Assembly (NCBI GenBank): GCA_030167865.1
Contig: JALAGF010003843.1
Location: 1 to 64,000 of the forward strand
Length of the DNA stretch: 64,000 nucleotides
Direction: 5' to 3'
Source of the DNA: Craspedostauros australis
Taxonomy: Eukaryota
A program made the translations under genes and the position numbers. The notes below the pieces were generated by a model, which saw nothing but the letters and a program-made list of their open reading frames with translations, did no database searches and was not told where the DNA came from. This document shows, piece by piece, positions 1-12,800 of the stretch; position 1 is the first letter of the stretch, and every line of letters starts with the position of its first letter.

Positions 1-2153
1 ACCGTGACAGGATGGGACTGGGGACTGGCATCGTGGCATCATCTCCCGGGCTGCCAGAGTACAACCCAGCCATGGAAGAGTTGATGACAGTTTTGCAGAA
101 ATGGAAGACATCGCATCCGAGCGACCTGCAATATCTTTCCACTCTCTTACCACCTCATGACAACATCACAGATGGAGTTGGAGTCTTCGATGAATCATTC
201 CTGGAATCGCAGTGGGCAACCATGTTCTTCCTGTACGATGCAACGGTTGGTCTCGGACTGTCAGCCTGCGAGGTGTGGAGACAGAAGCAGGAAGAGGTCG
301 CGGCCGGTACCATCGACGAGTCATCCGTCACGTTGGAAGGTCGGGAGCACTTCGATATGCTGGTACACACCGAGTTCAATGGAGCATCGGGAAGGGTGGA
401 TCTTTCCGAAACAACGGGGACGCGGAAGGTGACGAGCACATTCTTCGAGCTCACGAACAACGTGGTGGATGAGACCTTCGACACGACAGGCGGCGAAGTG
501 AAGTACAAGGGCGTCACATCGTCTATCTTCCTGAACGGAGAATGGACGGAGGTGACGAAGTACGTCTTCAACGACGGAACCACAACGCCTCCACTCGACT
601 TGCCACCCCCGGTCATGGAGTCCAACCACCTACCGATGGGACTGAGGATTTCCGGGTTGATACTCTGCGCCATCCCAGTGTTCCTGGCGATCATCTGCGC
701 CGGATGGACGTACAAGCATTCCGAAACGCGTGTCGTCCGTGCCTCGCAGCCAATCTTCCTCTACATCGTGTGCCTGGGTGCGGCAGTCCTGGCGCTGGCC
801 ATCATACCCCTCAGCATCGATGACAGCATCACGAGCGATGATGGATGTAACATCGCATGCCGCATCACGCCATGGATGCTGTCCATCGGATTTTCAGTGG
901 TCTTCTCCGCTCTCTTCACCAAGACCTACCGCATCAACCGTATCTTCCACAGCAAGAGGTTCAGACGGATCAAGGTGACGGCGATGGATGTGGCACAGCC
1001 CATGATCATCATGCTCGGCGTCAACGTCACCATCCTGGCCTTGTGGACGGCAATAGCACCCCTTCGATGGGCGTATGACATCCAGACACGAGATCAGTTC
1101 GGACGGATCGTCAGCCAGTACGGTCGATGCAAGACTGACGCGTTGCTCCCATTCCTCATCCCGCTGGGTGTGTTGAACTTGGGCGTCCTCACGGTCGCAT
1201 CAATACAGGCACATCTGGCACGCAACATCTCGCTGGAGTTCGCTGAGTCGGACTACATCTTCCGGTCTATGGTGAGCTTCCTGCTGGTCGCCTTCATCGG
1301 GGTGCCGGTGTTGGTGCTGGCGCAGGCCAATCCCGATGCTTTCTTCTTTGTCTTTGTCGGAATCATCTTCGTGACATCATGCTCCGTGCTGCTGTTCATC
1401 TTCTTCCCCAAGGTGTCATTCCTGAAGGAGGACCAACGAAAGCGACGGCGGCGAAAGTCGCAACACGGCCAGACATTGGGCTTCGGTAGCACCCGTGTGT
1501 CCCAGGCAAGTCACCTCAGGAGCTCCACCTCTGAAGAGTCCGCCCCGGACGGACTGAAGATCCTGACCACGAAGTCACCCGAGCAACTTCTCCGCGAGAA
1601 TCAGTGCTTGCATGCGCAGCTGCAAGCGCTGTTAGCAGTCGCAGCACAGACGAGAAAATCCAGTGACTGCAACCTGTTCGCTCGCAACACTGATGAGGTG
1701 GTCGTCGCTGTCCAGACGGATTCGCAATCCCCCAGACATCCACCCGCCACCAGCACCAACAGCCACCACCAGCAGCATGATAACGTGATTGCTGCCACAA
1801 AATCATCTGGAGCGAAGGGTGCCATCGCAAGCCCGGAGCAAACCGCCATCGCTCTGACATCGAAGACTGTTGGGGGGAGCTTGATTGGGGGATCGGGCGA
1901 GAGTGGGCAATTGGCAGACCTGGAAGGACAAATATCAACCAACAACTTCCCAGCGAGAAGAGACCATTCACAGTCACGGCCAGGATCGCAGTGCTCTAAG
2001 AATGAACGTTCCGCGAGCGCTGAAGCAACGAACGGAGAGCGCATACGGCAATGCTCGAGCTTCGACGCGGATATTGTGGAGAAAGACGAAAACTTGCAAC
2101 AGGCGCAAGCTTCATGCTCCGATGAATTCAGTGTCTGGAGTCGAGAAGAGTGA
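1..2153 (+). CDS. Class C (GABA-B-like) G-protein-coupled receptor, 5'-truncated by window edge; ANF/Venus-flytrap C-lobe + 7tm_3 + coiled coil
   Basis: The frame is open from the window start. It carries VFT-like motifs YDATVGLGLSAC and FNGASGRVDL..TGTR, and class C 7TM motifs VVRASQPIFL, CRITPWMLSIGFSVVFSALFTKTYRI, APLRW, FAESDYI and FIFFPK. The tail has the heptad segment EQLLRENQCLHAQLQALL. Confidence 0.9.
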   Translation, partial: RDRMGLGTGIVASSPGLPEYNPAMEELMTVLQKWKTSHPSDLQYLSTLLPPHDNITDGVGVFDESFLESQWATMFFLYDATVGLGLSACEVWRQKQEEVAAGTIDESSVTLEGREHFDMLVHTEFNGASGRVDLSETTGTRKVTSTFFELTNNVVDETFDTTGGEVKYKGVTSSIFLNGEWTEVTKYVFNDGTTTPPLDLPPPVMESNHLPMGLRISGLILCAIPVFLAIICAGWTYKHSETRVVRASQPIFLYIVCLGAAVLALAIIPLSIDDSITSDDGCNIACRITPWMLSIGFSVVFSALFTKTYRINRIFHSKRFRRIKVTAMDVAQPMIIMLGVNVTILALWTAIAPLRWAYDIQTRDQFGRIVSQYGRCKTDALLPFLIPLGVLNLGVLTVASIQAHLARNISLEFAESDYIFRSMVSFLLVAFIGVPVLVLAQANPDAFFFVFVGIIFVTSCSVLLFIFFPKVSFLKEDQRKRRRRKSQHGQTLGFGSTRVSQASHLRSSTSEESAPDGLKILTTKSPEQLLRENQCLHAQLQALLAVAAQTRKSSDCNLFARNTDEVVVAVQTDSQSPRHPPATSTNSHHQQHDNVIAATKSSGAKGAIASPEQTAIALTSKTVGGSLIGGSGESGQLADLEGQISTNNFPARRDHSQSRPGSQCSKNERSASAEATNGERIRQCSSFDADIVEKDENLQQAQASCSDEFSVWSREE

Positions 2154-3554
2154 TGGTCGTCTCCTTCCCTCCCGACCTCACTTGCTTGCTTGCTCAGTGG
2201 ATGTGCACAAAAGCTTCGCAGTCTTCGCCACGAATGCGGTCCTCGTGAGATGAGTTGGGCGCTTCATGCGGCCCGCGAATCCTGTAACATGTAAGCATTT
2301 TTAATATAATATAATACAAGATAATAGATTGTACGATAGACGACTGCGAGTACGATATCATCATACGATACGAGAGCTTAGAGCGAGTGTGCACGCAACG
2401 ACTGCAATTGCCGTGTCCACATCAGGAATGACTCGCAGGTTTCGCCCTGATCTCGTCAAGGGCGACGATTGGCCAAAGTCTATTGCGAACGAGTACAGAA
2501 TAGAGTACAAAAGGCAGTATAGATGCCATTCATTTGTTATCAACTCCGCCCATGGGATCGTCGACAGAAGAAAGACAGAGACGACGGCAAAGGCTCGGCA
2601 CCGCTTCCTTTCATCATGTCCGGACACTCTACGGGTATTCAGTCACAAGCACCGATGCTAGCTGTCAGGTGGCGACGTACAGCTCGTGGCAACAGGGCGA
2701 AAGTCCGCCGATGCCAGCAATCGCAACCTTCGGTAAGCGTCAGCTTTGTCCCGGAACATGAAGGAGGGTCCAGGAGCCGAAATGCCACAGAAAAGCTGCG
2801 TCACAGGGCGATGTTGGTGGAGGAACTACCAGCACAATCAGTGGTCAGCAGGCTCAATCCCCAATCGGTCGTGGGATGATTGGGCTGCTGTTCTGAGAGT
2901 GACGCATGCCTATTTCTCACGGCCGAGTATACCACAACTTGCGCAGATGGTGTCCAGCGGCTTTGTACGTGTATGGCATGGTGCGATTCCAGCTCTCTCT
3001 CTCTCTTGTCACCTTCGTTCGCCATGCTGGAATTCCTCTCTGGCATGGCAAGGGTTGTTGACTCTTGCTACCGATGGTGGTCGACACTGAATCAACGAGC
3101 TACTCCCTGCGACGGCGACTCGCATGGTGAGGGCTTCTTGGCCCGGATGCTTGTGGTCCGCAGTTGTCGCGGCCACTCAAGTCGGCATGAGCGTGCGATG
3201 ACGACAACTCAAGTTGAAAAGGGCGCGAACTGGAACATGGCACTGCAGGGAGGAAAGTTGTGGAGAAAGGCGACTTGCAGAGATGCCACTCCGCAACCCA
3301 GACAGCAAGAAGGACCCATGGAACCATGACACTTGGGTTTGTCGTGGCGCGAAATTTGCTGCAGTAGTCGTACATCGGGCTAGCGCATGCTTGTTTCGAT
3401 CACGCTGTCCTTGTCTGACGGATGCTGTTGCCCTTCTTATGGCCTTCACTGCCACATGTTGGGAACTTTTCTGTTTCGGTGCCGACCCACAACCAACGTG
3501 GTAGCGACGATGGTGGTGCAAACCTTTTTGCCGTTGTCGTTGCCAGCAATCTCT

Positions 3555-3607
3555 GTTGGTTGGTTGGTTGGTTGGTTGGTTGGTTGGTTGGTTGGTTTAT
3601 TGGTTGG
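3555..3607. repeat. (GTTG)n tetranucleotide microsatellite
   Basis: About 10 contiguous GTTG units are visible directly, with a degenerate end. Confidence 0.9.
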
Positions 3608-4919
3608 GGTACCGCGATGGGATGGTTCGTTGGTTGTGTACTCATCACGTTGTTGGAGTCCCCCATCACCGTTCCGCGCCACGCTCCGAGCGAGTCCTTG
3701 TTCTTGGTTGGTCGTTTTGCTCTCTGTGGGAAACACCGTTATCGGCCTGCGCAAAAACATGACTAAGCTGCAACAACAACGAAACTTCACGCTTCGCAAT
3801 TCATTACCGGTGTGACTCTGTCAGTGACCACACCATTTGTGATTCGGACCTCTTCTTCATGCTCTGCGTCTCACAATGTCGCTCAGCAAGGTGCCGAATG
3901 CTACCCATGTTGCGGGGGGTCTGCTGTGCTCGTTGTTGTGTTATCATAAAATTACGCTCTGTTCGATTTGAGGCGAATCTGTCAATACTATGCACAGATT
4001 CTCTGCTCTCGAGAAGGCAACAGAGTCGATTGTCGATTGTCGATGGCCGACGTATGTTCGTGCCATGCATACATGGGAGCAGTGTTTTTGTTACCCCATT
4101 GTGCTTCGTCTTGAGAGCATTGAACTTGTGTGCTCTGTACTACTGGTGTATTGGTCGACAACAGTACTGCCAAGGCGCAATCAACGCTGTGGCCGTCGCT
4201 GCCGCCGCCGTCGCCTGTTGCATTGAGATCCTCTGTCTCCGCAGATGGCGGCAGACTTCGGGTTCAGAGGGGTTGAAGGTGTCGCTCCAGCATGCTTCTC
4301 TCGAGGTTCCAATTGGCTTCGAGATGGTACCCACGAAAGCAGAACCAAACAACGGTGTCATATTCATAGAATAGGATAATATTCAACAACACACATAGTC
4401 GAGTATCATTGGAGGGTATTCGAGGTTGTGGCAATGGAAGCGTACATGAACAAAAGAAGACAGTGCCAGCATGCTATGGATAGTCTTGGTCTTGTAGGCA
4501 TGCAGCAGCTGAGTGGAGTGTTCATGCAGAAGAATATCATTCTAACATTTACCTCTTTCGTTAGTTTCCGATCGCGACCATCCTGTGTCCACATTGGTTA
4601 CGTGCGCGGTGCCGGCTATGTGCCGTGCACTGGATGGTGGGGGGCTCGAGGCACTCCCACTCATATTCGTATTATATTTGTCATATCTGGCCATTCCCAC
4701 TCGATCTCTTTCAAAACTGACGGTGACTTTCTCCTTGTCTCTGTTACTGCGCGGCAACGTGACGCGGCGTTCGCTTGTGTGCGATCCTCCTGCGATGGCA
4801 GTAGTAGCTTGGTTTCAGCGGATTTTGCCATAATGCTTGTAGGCGGCTGCGGTCTCTTTCGGCCTCGAATGCCTCGCCTTGGGTGGTCTCTACGTTGTTT
4901 ACTAATGCTAGGGTGGCGT

Positions 4920-5489
4920 TCATTGCGGGTAGGTCGGCGGATGAGCATCGTCGAACAGCTGGTGATCCCAGGCGAATGGCCTTTCGCCCGCAGCTTCTCC
5001 TGTCCTGTCTGACTGTCGCATCACGAGTAGATCGTCCTCCCAGATGCAGGTGTCGTCGGAGATGAGATCGATGACGTCTTGGATGATGTCTGCGACCTGC
5101 TCCTTTTGGCACGGTGAGCTCTGTGCTGTTCCTGGAGGGGGCGGTGTTGGCGCTGCCATTGCGGTTGTTGTGTGACTCTGCCATGCAACCGGGGCCTGGT
5201 TTGCCTCCGTTTGATGCTGTTCATGCGGATGGAGGTGTGGACGGTTCTGTTGAAGTTGCTGCTGCTGCCGCTCTTGGTGGTGATGTGGGAGAAGAAGTTG
5301 CTGGTTGGCACGCGACAACAGCTGGTGCATTTCCATTTTTTGGCTATCGTGGGTTGCGCCACCGACGCCACCGACGCCATCGTTCACCGGCAAGCGAGGG
5401 GCGAAGTTCCTCTCGACCAAAGCATCGGAGAGTGCGGACACGAGGTTCTGCGCGCCGTTCGGTGATCTTGATGGCGGGTTGCAAGTCAT
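4920..5489 (-). CDS. Hypothetical Q/H/P-rich protein (189 aa)
   Basis: ATG preceded by an A/C-rich leader. Composition resembles the neighbouring genes and the C-terminal segment is acidic (DIIQDVIDLISDDTCIWEDDLL). No recognisable domain. Confidence 0.4.
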   Translation of the reverse strand: MTCNPPSRSPNGAQNLVSALSDALVERNFAPRLPVNDGVGGVGGATHDSQKMEMHQLLSRANQQLLLPHHHQERQQQQLQQNRPHLHPHEQHQTEANQAPVAWQSHTTTAMAAPTPPPPGTAQSSPCQKEQVADIIQDVIDLISDDTCIWEDDLLVMRQSDRTGEAAGERPFAWDHQLFDDAHPPTYPQ

Positions 5490-8400
5490 GACTTGATGTT
5501 ACCTTGGTTGAATAGTTGGTTGATCTGCTTCCTTGCTCGTTAGGTGGCTTGGTGGACGCGGTTGTATGGCTTGTTGTACTACACAGTACGGTATGGAATG
5601 ATATGATATCCAATGGCCTTGGATTGTTCACAAGAAGAGATGAATTTTGTGAGTCCAATCGCTGGAGTTGTCTTGTATCTGTACGCAGTTGTTGTTTCGG
5701 CATGTGTTTGTGGGCACGTACCATGCCACGCGCTGGCCTGGGAGTGAAGGAGCAACGCGGACCAGATTAGCGCTAAGCCACGGAGTGCGTCAACGGCTTA
5801 TCGCGATGTTGTTGTTGCTGCTCTTTGAGAGGCTCGGTCTGTGGTGGTTGGATTTGCGCGGCGCTGTGCGTGTACGCCAATTTGAAGCCAAGGCAAAGGG
5901 ATGTTCTCGTAACATCCCACACGGTGAGCACCACATGGTCGACGATTCGCAAAAGTATCGGGTCTGGTGGATGTAAATGTCATCGAGAGACAGATGTTGG
6001 TGCTGACGAAATCGCGAATGACATCATCTGCCTATCGCGTGTGGAGCACGAGCGTGTGCACTCAGGCGTGTGGTTTTGAGGTACAATTTCACACAATTGC
6101 TCCGCAACGTGGGTATGATGACAAGACAGGGAGAGGCAGACAGGTGTTGGCGTGGAAATAGTATTCCACAATAGATTTTCAAGCCGCCACTGTACAGCCC
6201 CCACAAACACGCAACACTCGTCACGTTCTCTTATCCTCCAGTCATCATTGTTCTACCACCGTCAGCAACGTACCAGATGGAGCGGAGGCGCCTTCCCTTG
6301 TTCTTGTTGTGTCGCTTGGGGCACATTTCGATGCCAGATGGCACGTTGACATCACCCTTGGCAGCCAAAGCGGCGTGCTCTGCAGGAGATACTGGAAGGG
6401 TGTATAGCACTAAGTGCGTGAAGGCGATTGCGTTCGCCTTTAACAGATTGATTTTGCATCGGATCGCGGAATAACAAGTGTGCGCAACACTCCAGGTACC
6501 CTGTGCTGCTCCGCACACTCGCGCGTGTGCGCCACATCTCAATCGACACGTCGTGCTCTGGCCGCTGCCTTTCGCGCCAACACAAGGCCAGATTTCGGTG
6601 CCAGTCGAACGTACTCGTATTGCTCGTGCTTTTGTGTCCTCAACCACGCCCAATCAGAACGCCATCTGTCGCGTGTCTGTGATCATGGATTCGTTTCGGG
6701 TTCTTCCCACACTTCTTTGGGCAAGGCGTCCTCTATGATTTAGTTCACGGAACTGGATTCTCCTCTCTTGGGGAATCTTAAAATCCCAATCTCAAAGAAG
6801 CACACGCAGAAGTCTGCAACGCGGCGCAACGTACACACGAGGAGAGGAAGTGCAGAGTCGAGCAGGGTATTGGACACACACTGCCAGTACAGCGCGCAAT
6901 ATCACCTCTGCCATGTTGCGAACAGCAGTGGACTCCGTCTATACTCCATACCCACCATTGTCCATACTCCTGCCATGCTGACCATTGCTGAGAGAAAACG
7001 CAACGACTCCACCAACGAGAGATACGGCGAGTGGAGATGAAATGAGGATGCATCATTGGGAATCATCGTTCGTGCTCTCCCAGAACGGTTCGTTGCCGAA
7101 GGCATCACATCATACGTAGTGTTGCACCGTCTTGGAAGATTGAGAAAGTCAGAGAAGGTCAAAGATACGCTTCAAATGGACTCACAAGTACATTATTTTG
7201 TACTCGTTTATTGTGGTAGGTGTAGTATGAACCCAGCACATGGTTGCAATGCATAGAGTATGCGCGTATCGTGAAGTGTTCGCTTCGATGACGTCTACTC
7301 TCTGTACCATACTACGAGAAGCATACTGTGAGAAGGAATATGCCCGCCTCCTCATGTGTGCCTGCCGTGCCAGACATACTACTATTGTACACCATAGTAC
7401 TATTGTGCAATATTTTAATACCATGTATGAGCACTCGGGAGTCCTGTCGCTCCCCTTTTGTGAGGAGGCAACAGTTCAACCCCGATGGGCGAATGACCCT
7501 GATGATCAGATGAGCATTCTTCGTCTTGTCGCGCCAACACTCTCGTGTTTCAATGGGGCTATTCCACGTCACTCTCCAACTTCTACCAGAGGTGGAATGT
7601 TGTGGCCCTTGGTCGAAAGATGTAAAACCAGGACTACCATGGAGAACGATGTCGACGCACCATCCACCCGAGCGTATCACATTTTGAACTGATGTTGGTG
7701 ACAATCGTGAGCTGATGGCAGGACGAAAGAGAATGAACGTTGGTGGTGCCGCCAACCTCTGGTTTGGCAGGAACAGGGCTTGGTCAGAATCACAACTTCC
7801 AGTCGTTCTAATCTACACTGTCCGAGAGGATCATCTTGCCGCATGTATTCCACATGCTGCAGCGCCTGGGACACGGTTGTAATTGTGATACTCGGCGCAG
7901 CTTATGAGTATGTACTGTATGCATGGAATCGTTTGGTTGGCAACCCTGCCCGCTGTCTTTCTGCAGAACGGAAGTGCGGAGTTCTGCCAAACGTGTGGTC
8001 GTATGGATAACATAGAATACCATACCTATTCCTACCATACACGCCACATGACTTGACAAAACAAATGCACCTGAAGTAAACCGATTGCGCGTACGCAAGA
8101 TGATGACCATGGTTCGGTGGCGGCAAGAGTTCAAGTCGAGATCGCGCAAATGAGCAGTCCACGACATCTACATACTCGCACGCGCAAACGACAGGACAGG
8201 GAAACAGTCGAGTGGGAAGGTCGCAAGAAGAATGGCGCATCCTACGACCTATGTACCTGGGAAGGTCAAAGCCCAGGTGCCAGAGCATCGGAAGAACCAC
8301 CCAGGGTATGGTATGGCATGGTACAATGCGACAACGCGCTTTCCTTACCTACAAGCTACTCGTACCATACTCACGAGACGACGACAGCAATCAATCCAAT

Positions 8401-9866
8401 CCACCAAATTGTGCGGCAACGAAAATACACGACTAGGCCGACGTCGGGAAGGAATAAGCTCATCAAGAGTAGCAATTAGTTTGCCTTCGTCGCCGTCCAA
8501 GAGAGCACGAACAAGCCCTTGTCAATTGACGATCGCACGACCTCACAAGGGTTGATAGATTGATGGAGACGGAGTCGGGAGAACTCGGACAACCAGGGAT
8601 GTTCTTGGACACGCAAGAAGCGATTGGCGATCTGCCACGGCATGCCGTGCTCATCCGGAGCTCAACATTCGGTAAATTGGTACCGCTGCGAACCTCGACA
8701 CGTACCAGCCATGGTGCCGACAAAGGCACGCCATTTGGAGCACTCGGAGAGCAGATCTTGCCTCTGCTACACTTGAGAGAGGACGTACCATGTAACCCAA
8801 CTCCACAAGAGGGAGGCATTCCTACGGAGTAATACTCTATTCTGCCGATACTGGCACATGATGCGCTCTTGCACAAGTGGGCAAACACCGTTCGCGGAGA
8901 GCAGCACGCGTTGCTGTTTACGATCGACAAATGAGAGTACTCTCTCGCTGCACCCGAAGATTTGCTCAGTGTTTCGATTGGGCTCGGTTGGTTGCCTTCA
9001 CTGTTGTGCGCTGGTCGACTTGAGCTCATGCGATTCCTCTCTCACTCGCTCAAGAGTCCACAGTGTTTTGAAGCAGTGGAGCAGCGCCGTGGATAAGCAA
9101 AGAATGGATCAACCAAGCAGCTTGCTACCATGATTCTCTCGCTCTGGGGGGGTGGTGTGCGGCTTTGAAGGCGATGCATTTGGGACTGGGCATGTGGCAA
9201 AACGATCAAAGCCTTCGCCGCCTCCTGGAATCCTGCCTTCCGAAAACCGGTTTCTGGTGTGATACAGGCAACTCTGCGCACGCGCCATCCGTGTCTCGCC
9301 ATTACGCCCACTTTCCTTTTCCCAGCTGCTACGCATGGCATTGGTCAGGTGGTGTTACCGCCATCTTGCCGGCTGACGACACGGGGTAGATCTGCTATGC
9401 CCTGCTCCTTCCAGGAGCATTCTCCCCATTAGTTCGGAAATGTCTCCAAGATTTGCGGTTTGGCGACATGAAGGCTGCTCCCGAATGCGGTCATGCGTCT
9501 CAAATGGGTCGCAGCCTGTCCATTGTTGCCTCTCCTTCTGGAGTCGTCCCGCAACCGTATTTGTGCAGAGCGCTGGCACATGTGTAGATGGACCAACCTA
9601 GTCCAAACCAAAGAAGAGTGTGCTCGCAAGCCATTGGAAATCGATGGAAACAGACACAACTAAGGCGGAGGGGACCATACGCAGAACATTGCAATGTAGA
9701 GGAGAGCAATTCGATTTGGCTATTGTCATGCTGCTGCCACCAGTGGGGGACCAACGTATGACGCCACATTGAGAGACAGACGCACTCTTCCGAGTCGATT
9801 CTCCTGCGTAGCTCTGCTGAACTCTCTGCTGAACTGTATCTCCTGATACCATTTTACGCACCCCGC

Positions 9867-12800
9867 TTAGGATTGTGGCGGCGGCGGCGGAGGCGGCTGC
9901 TGTTGTTGCTGTTGATGGTGATGATGATGTTGCTGAGGGTGCCCAGATGGTGGCGCCTGCGCATCGCCATGGCCTTCGTGTCCCGCATGGCCAGCTGCGG
10001 CGCCAACGCCTGCAGCAGCTGCGGCCACTGCAACGGCGTTGTTGTTCAGTATCCCCTGTCTCGCAAGCACGCCAAGGATGTCGGACATGGCCGCGGAGTA
10101 GGCGGGGTCTCTCGACCTGTTGGACAGCACTTCCAACCCGAGACCAGGTGGCAACATCGATGCCAGCCCGCCTTGCGCGATGCCCGGGTTTTGGCCCAAG
10201 CCAGCACCCGGTGCAGATCCAGGATGCGCGTGGCCTCCAAACCCGAGCGCCGATCCAAGTCCGCCTGCGCCAGGCGCCATTGCCCCGGCACCACCGAGAC
10301 CCATCATGTTGCGATTGTTCAGAGATGCTGCGAGGCTTTCGGTCGCAGCATCAGCAACGGGGTGCTCAATGCCATTCGCACCACCCAATATGGATCCGGC
10401 AGCACCATTTCCCAAACCCCCTGACATCAACAGGGATCGCAATTGGTTTGCCTGTTGTTGTTGCTGCTGGTGGTGATGATGTTGTTGCTGTTGCTGCTGG
10501 TGATGATGCTGCTGGTGGTGCTGGTGGTGCTGCTGCTGTTGTCTCAGTTGAAGAAGAGCCTGAAGACTGGACACATCATCCGTCGAATGCTGCAGCTGAT
10601 GAAAATGCGACAAGGCTGAGGGGTGTTGCTGGTGATGAGTGTGATGCCGATGCTGTTGTTGCATCGCGTTCTGTGTATACAAGCTTGGGAGTAGATTCGA
10701 TAGGACCTGCTGGTGATGTGAATGGGTGTGATGATGGAACAGTCGCCGTGCTTCATCTTCCAACACCCCACCACCCTGATGTTGCTGTTGCGGCTGCTGT
10801 TGTTGTGCCGTTTGTTGCGATTGCGATGGTGGTTGCTGTTGCTGTGAAGGTTGCGACTGCTGTTGTTGTTGTTGTTGTTGTTGCTGCTGCTGTTGCTGTG
10901 AAGATTGCTGCTGCTGTGCACTCGTCTGCTGTTGCGCTTGCGTGTGAGGTTGGGTTTGTTGTTGCTGCTGCTGCTGCTGTTGCTGTTGCTGTTGTTGTTG
11001 CTGCTGTTGCGCTTGTGCCTGCGCTTGCTCTTGTTGCTGCCGTTGTTGGTGGAGCTGAGCCTGATGGATTGCGTGCTGAGATATTTGCTGGTGTGTTGCG
11101 CGTTGCTGCTGCTGCTGCTGCTGGTGGTGATGTTGTGGCTGTGATCTACCTTGATGTTGTTGCTGCTGATGGTGTGTGTTCAACAAGTTCTGAAGAGTTG
11201 ACTGGAAATTGCTTTGCTGATCCATGGGCTGCTGTTGGCCGATATGTGGTTGCCTGGAATCCTCCGCACCGTGCGCCTGTTGCTGTTGCTGCTGACGCAA
11301 AAGGCGCTCGATCAATTCTTGTTCGTTGGCATTTGTGTCCATGCCGGCAGACATTTGCTTAGCGCGCAGCAAATCAGCGATTGATGGTTGACTCTCGGGG
11401 TTGGGGACTGCGCTCTCGGCCCGTGCTGGCATGGGATCATCTGCCTGGACATGTGCTTGCGCCGGTGCATGGGTTTGAGCAGGTGTGAGCTGCTGTGGCG
11501 TCTCGATTACATTTTTAGACTCATTGGTCGTTCGCAGCGGCTGGCCCGCCTTTGCTCCTTCGGCCTTGCTGAGTTGCAAGCTCTTGCGCTTCTTCCGTTT
11601 CTTTGGTCGATCGTCCCCTGTTCCAGTCACGATGTCTGCCGAAGCTTTCTTGCCTGGCTTTGCCACACTGGCCAAGCTGGAGAGGCCTGCAAGCGCCATC
11701 TCTGCGGCATCGCCAGCGCTCACGGTATCGCTTCCAGTCCGTGCACCAGGCCCAGCTTTTCTCTTCTTGCCCATCGTAGCACCAGACAGACCTTTCTGTG
11801 CTTCACCACCAGCCCCGACGAGTGCGTTTGCAACTGCCGACGATGACGAGGGTTCCGTGCCCAGCACAGTATCCTCGTTTGCAGTGCTAACACCTGACTT
11901 GGTAAGTGGCTTCGGACTCCTTGTGACCTGCTTCTTGTAGTCGTAGTAGTAGTTCTTGATTTGCGACATGCTCTTCGTGCCCACGGCAGCCGATAGCATC
12001 TCCCAGTTGCGCCCATGCGTCTCCATCGCCTCGACAAACTTCTTCTTCTCTGCCGGCGTCCACTTTTGCGGAGCTTTGCGACTACTTGTCGGGGTACCAG
12101 GTTCGGACAATTGCAGCGGTGGGTTTTCTTTCTCTCGCTGGGCCTGCTTTACTGGTGGCGGTTGCTGCAGCGCTTTGCTCGGCGCTTTGCTCGCCTTGCT
12201 CTCCTCCTTCCGTTTTTGCTGTAACTGTTTTTGCTGCAGCTGCTTTTGTTGCGCTTGTTTCTGCTGTGATTGCTTTGATGATGGCTGCTTTTGCTGCGGC
12301 TGCTTTTGCTGCGGCTGCTTTTGCTGCGATAGCTTTGACAATGGTTGTTTCTGTTGCGACTGCTTCTGTTGCGAAGACTTCTGTTGTGAAGACTTCTGTT
12401 GTGAAGACTTCAGCTGTGTTTGCTTCTGCATCAATTGCGACTGCTTCTGTTGCGACTGCTTCTGTTGCGAAGATTTCTGCTGAGACTGCTTCTGCTGTTG
12501 AAGTTTGCGCTTTTGCTCTCCCTGCTGCTGCTGAGACTGCTTCTGCTGTTGGAGTTTGCGCTTTTGCTCTCCGTGTTGCTGTTGTTGTTGTTGTTGCTGC
12601 TGCTGCTGCGACTGCAACTGCTGTTCACGTTTGCGTTTGATGGACTCCTTGCGACTGTCCTTGTCGCGATTCTTCATTTTCGTTTTCACCTTTTCGTTTT
12701 CAGACTCGCGGCTCTTCAGTGGCTTCGACCGACGGGCCACGTCCGATCGTTTCCCATCTGCTGATGCCACCTGCTTTGCGGTCTGCTTCGCCGCGAGTTT

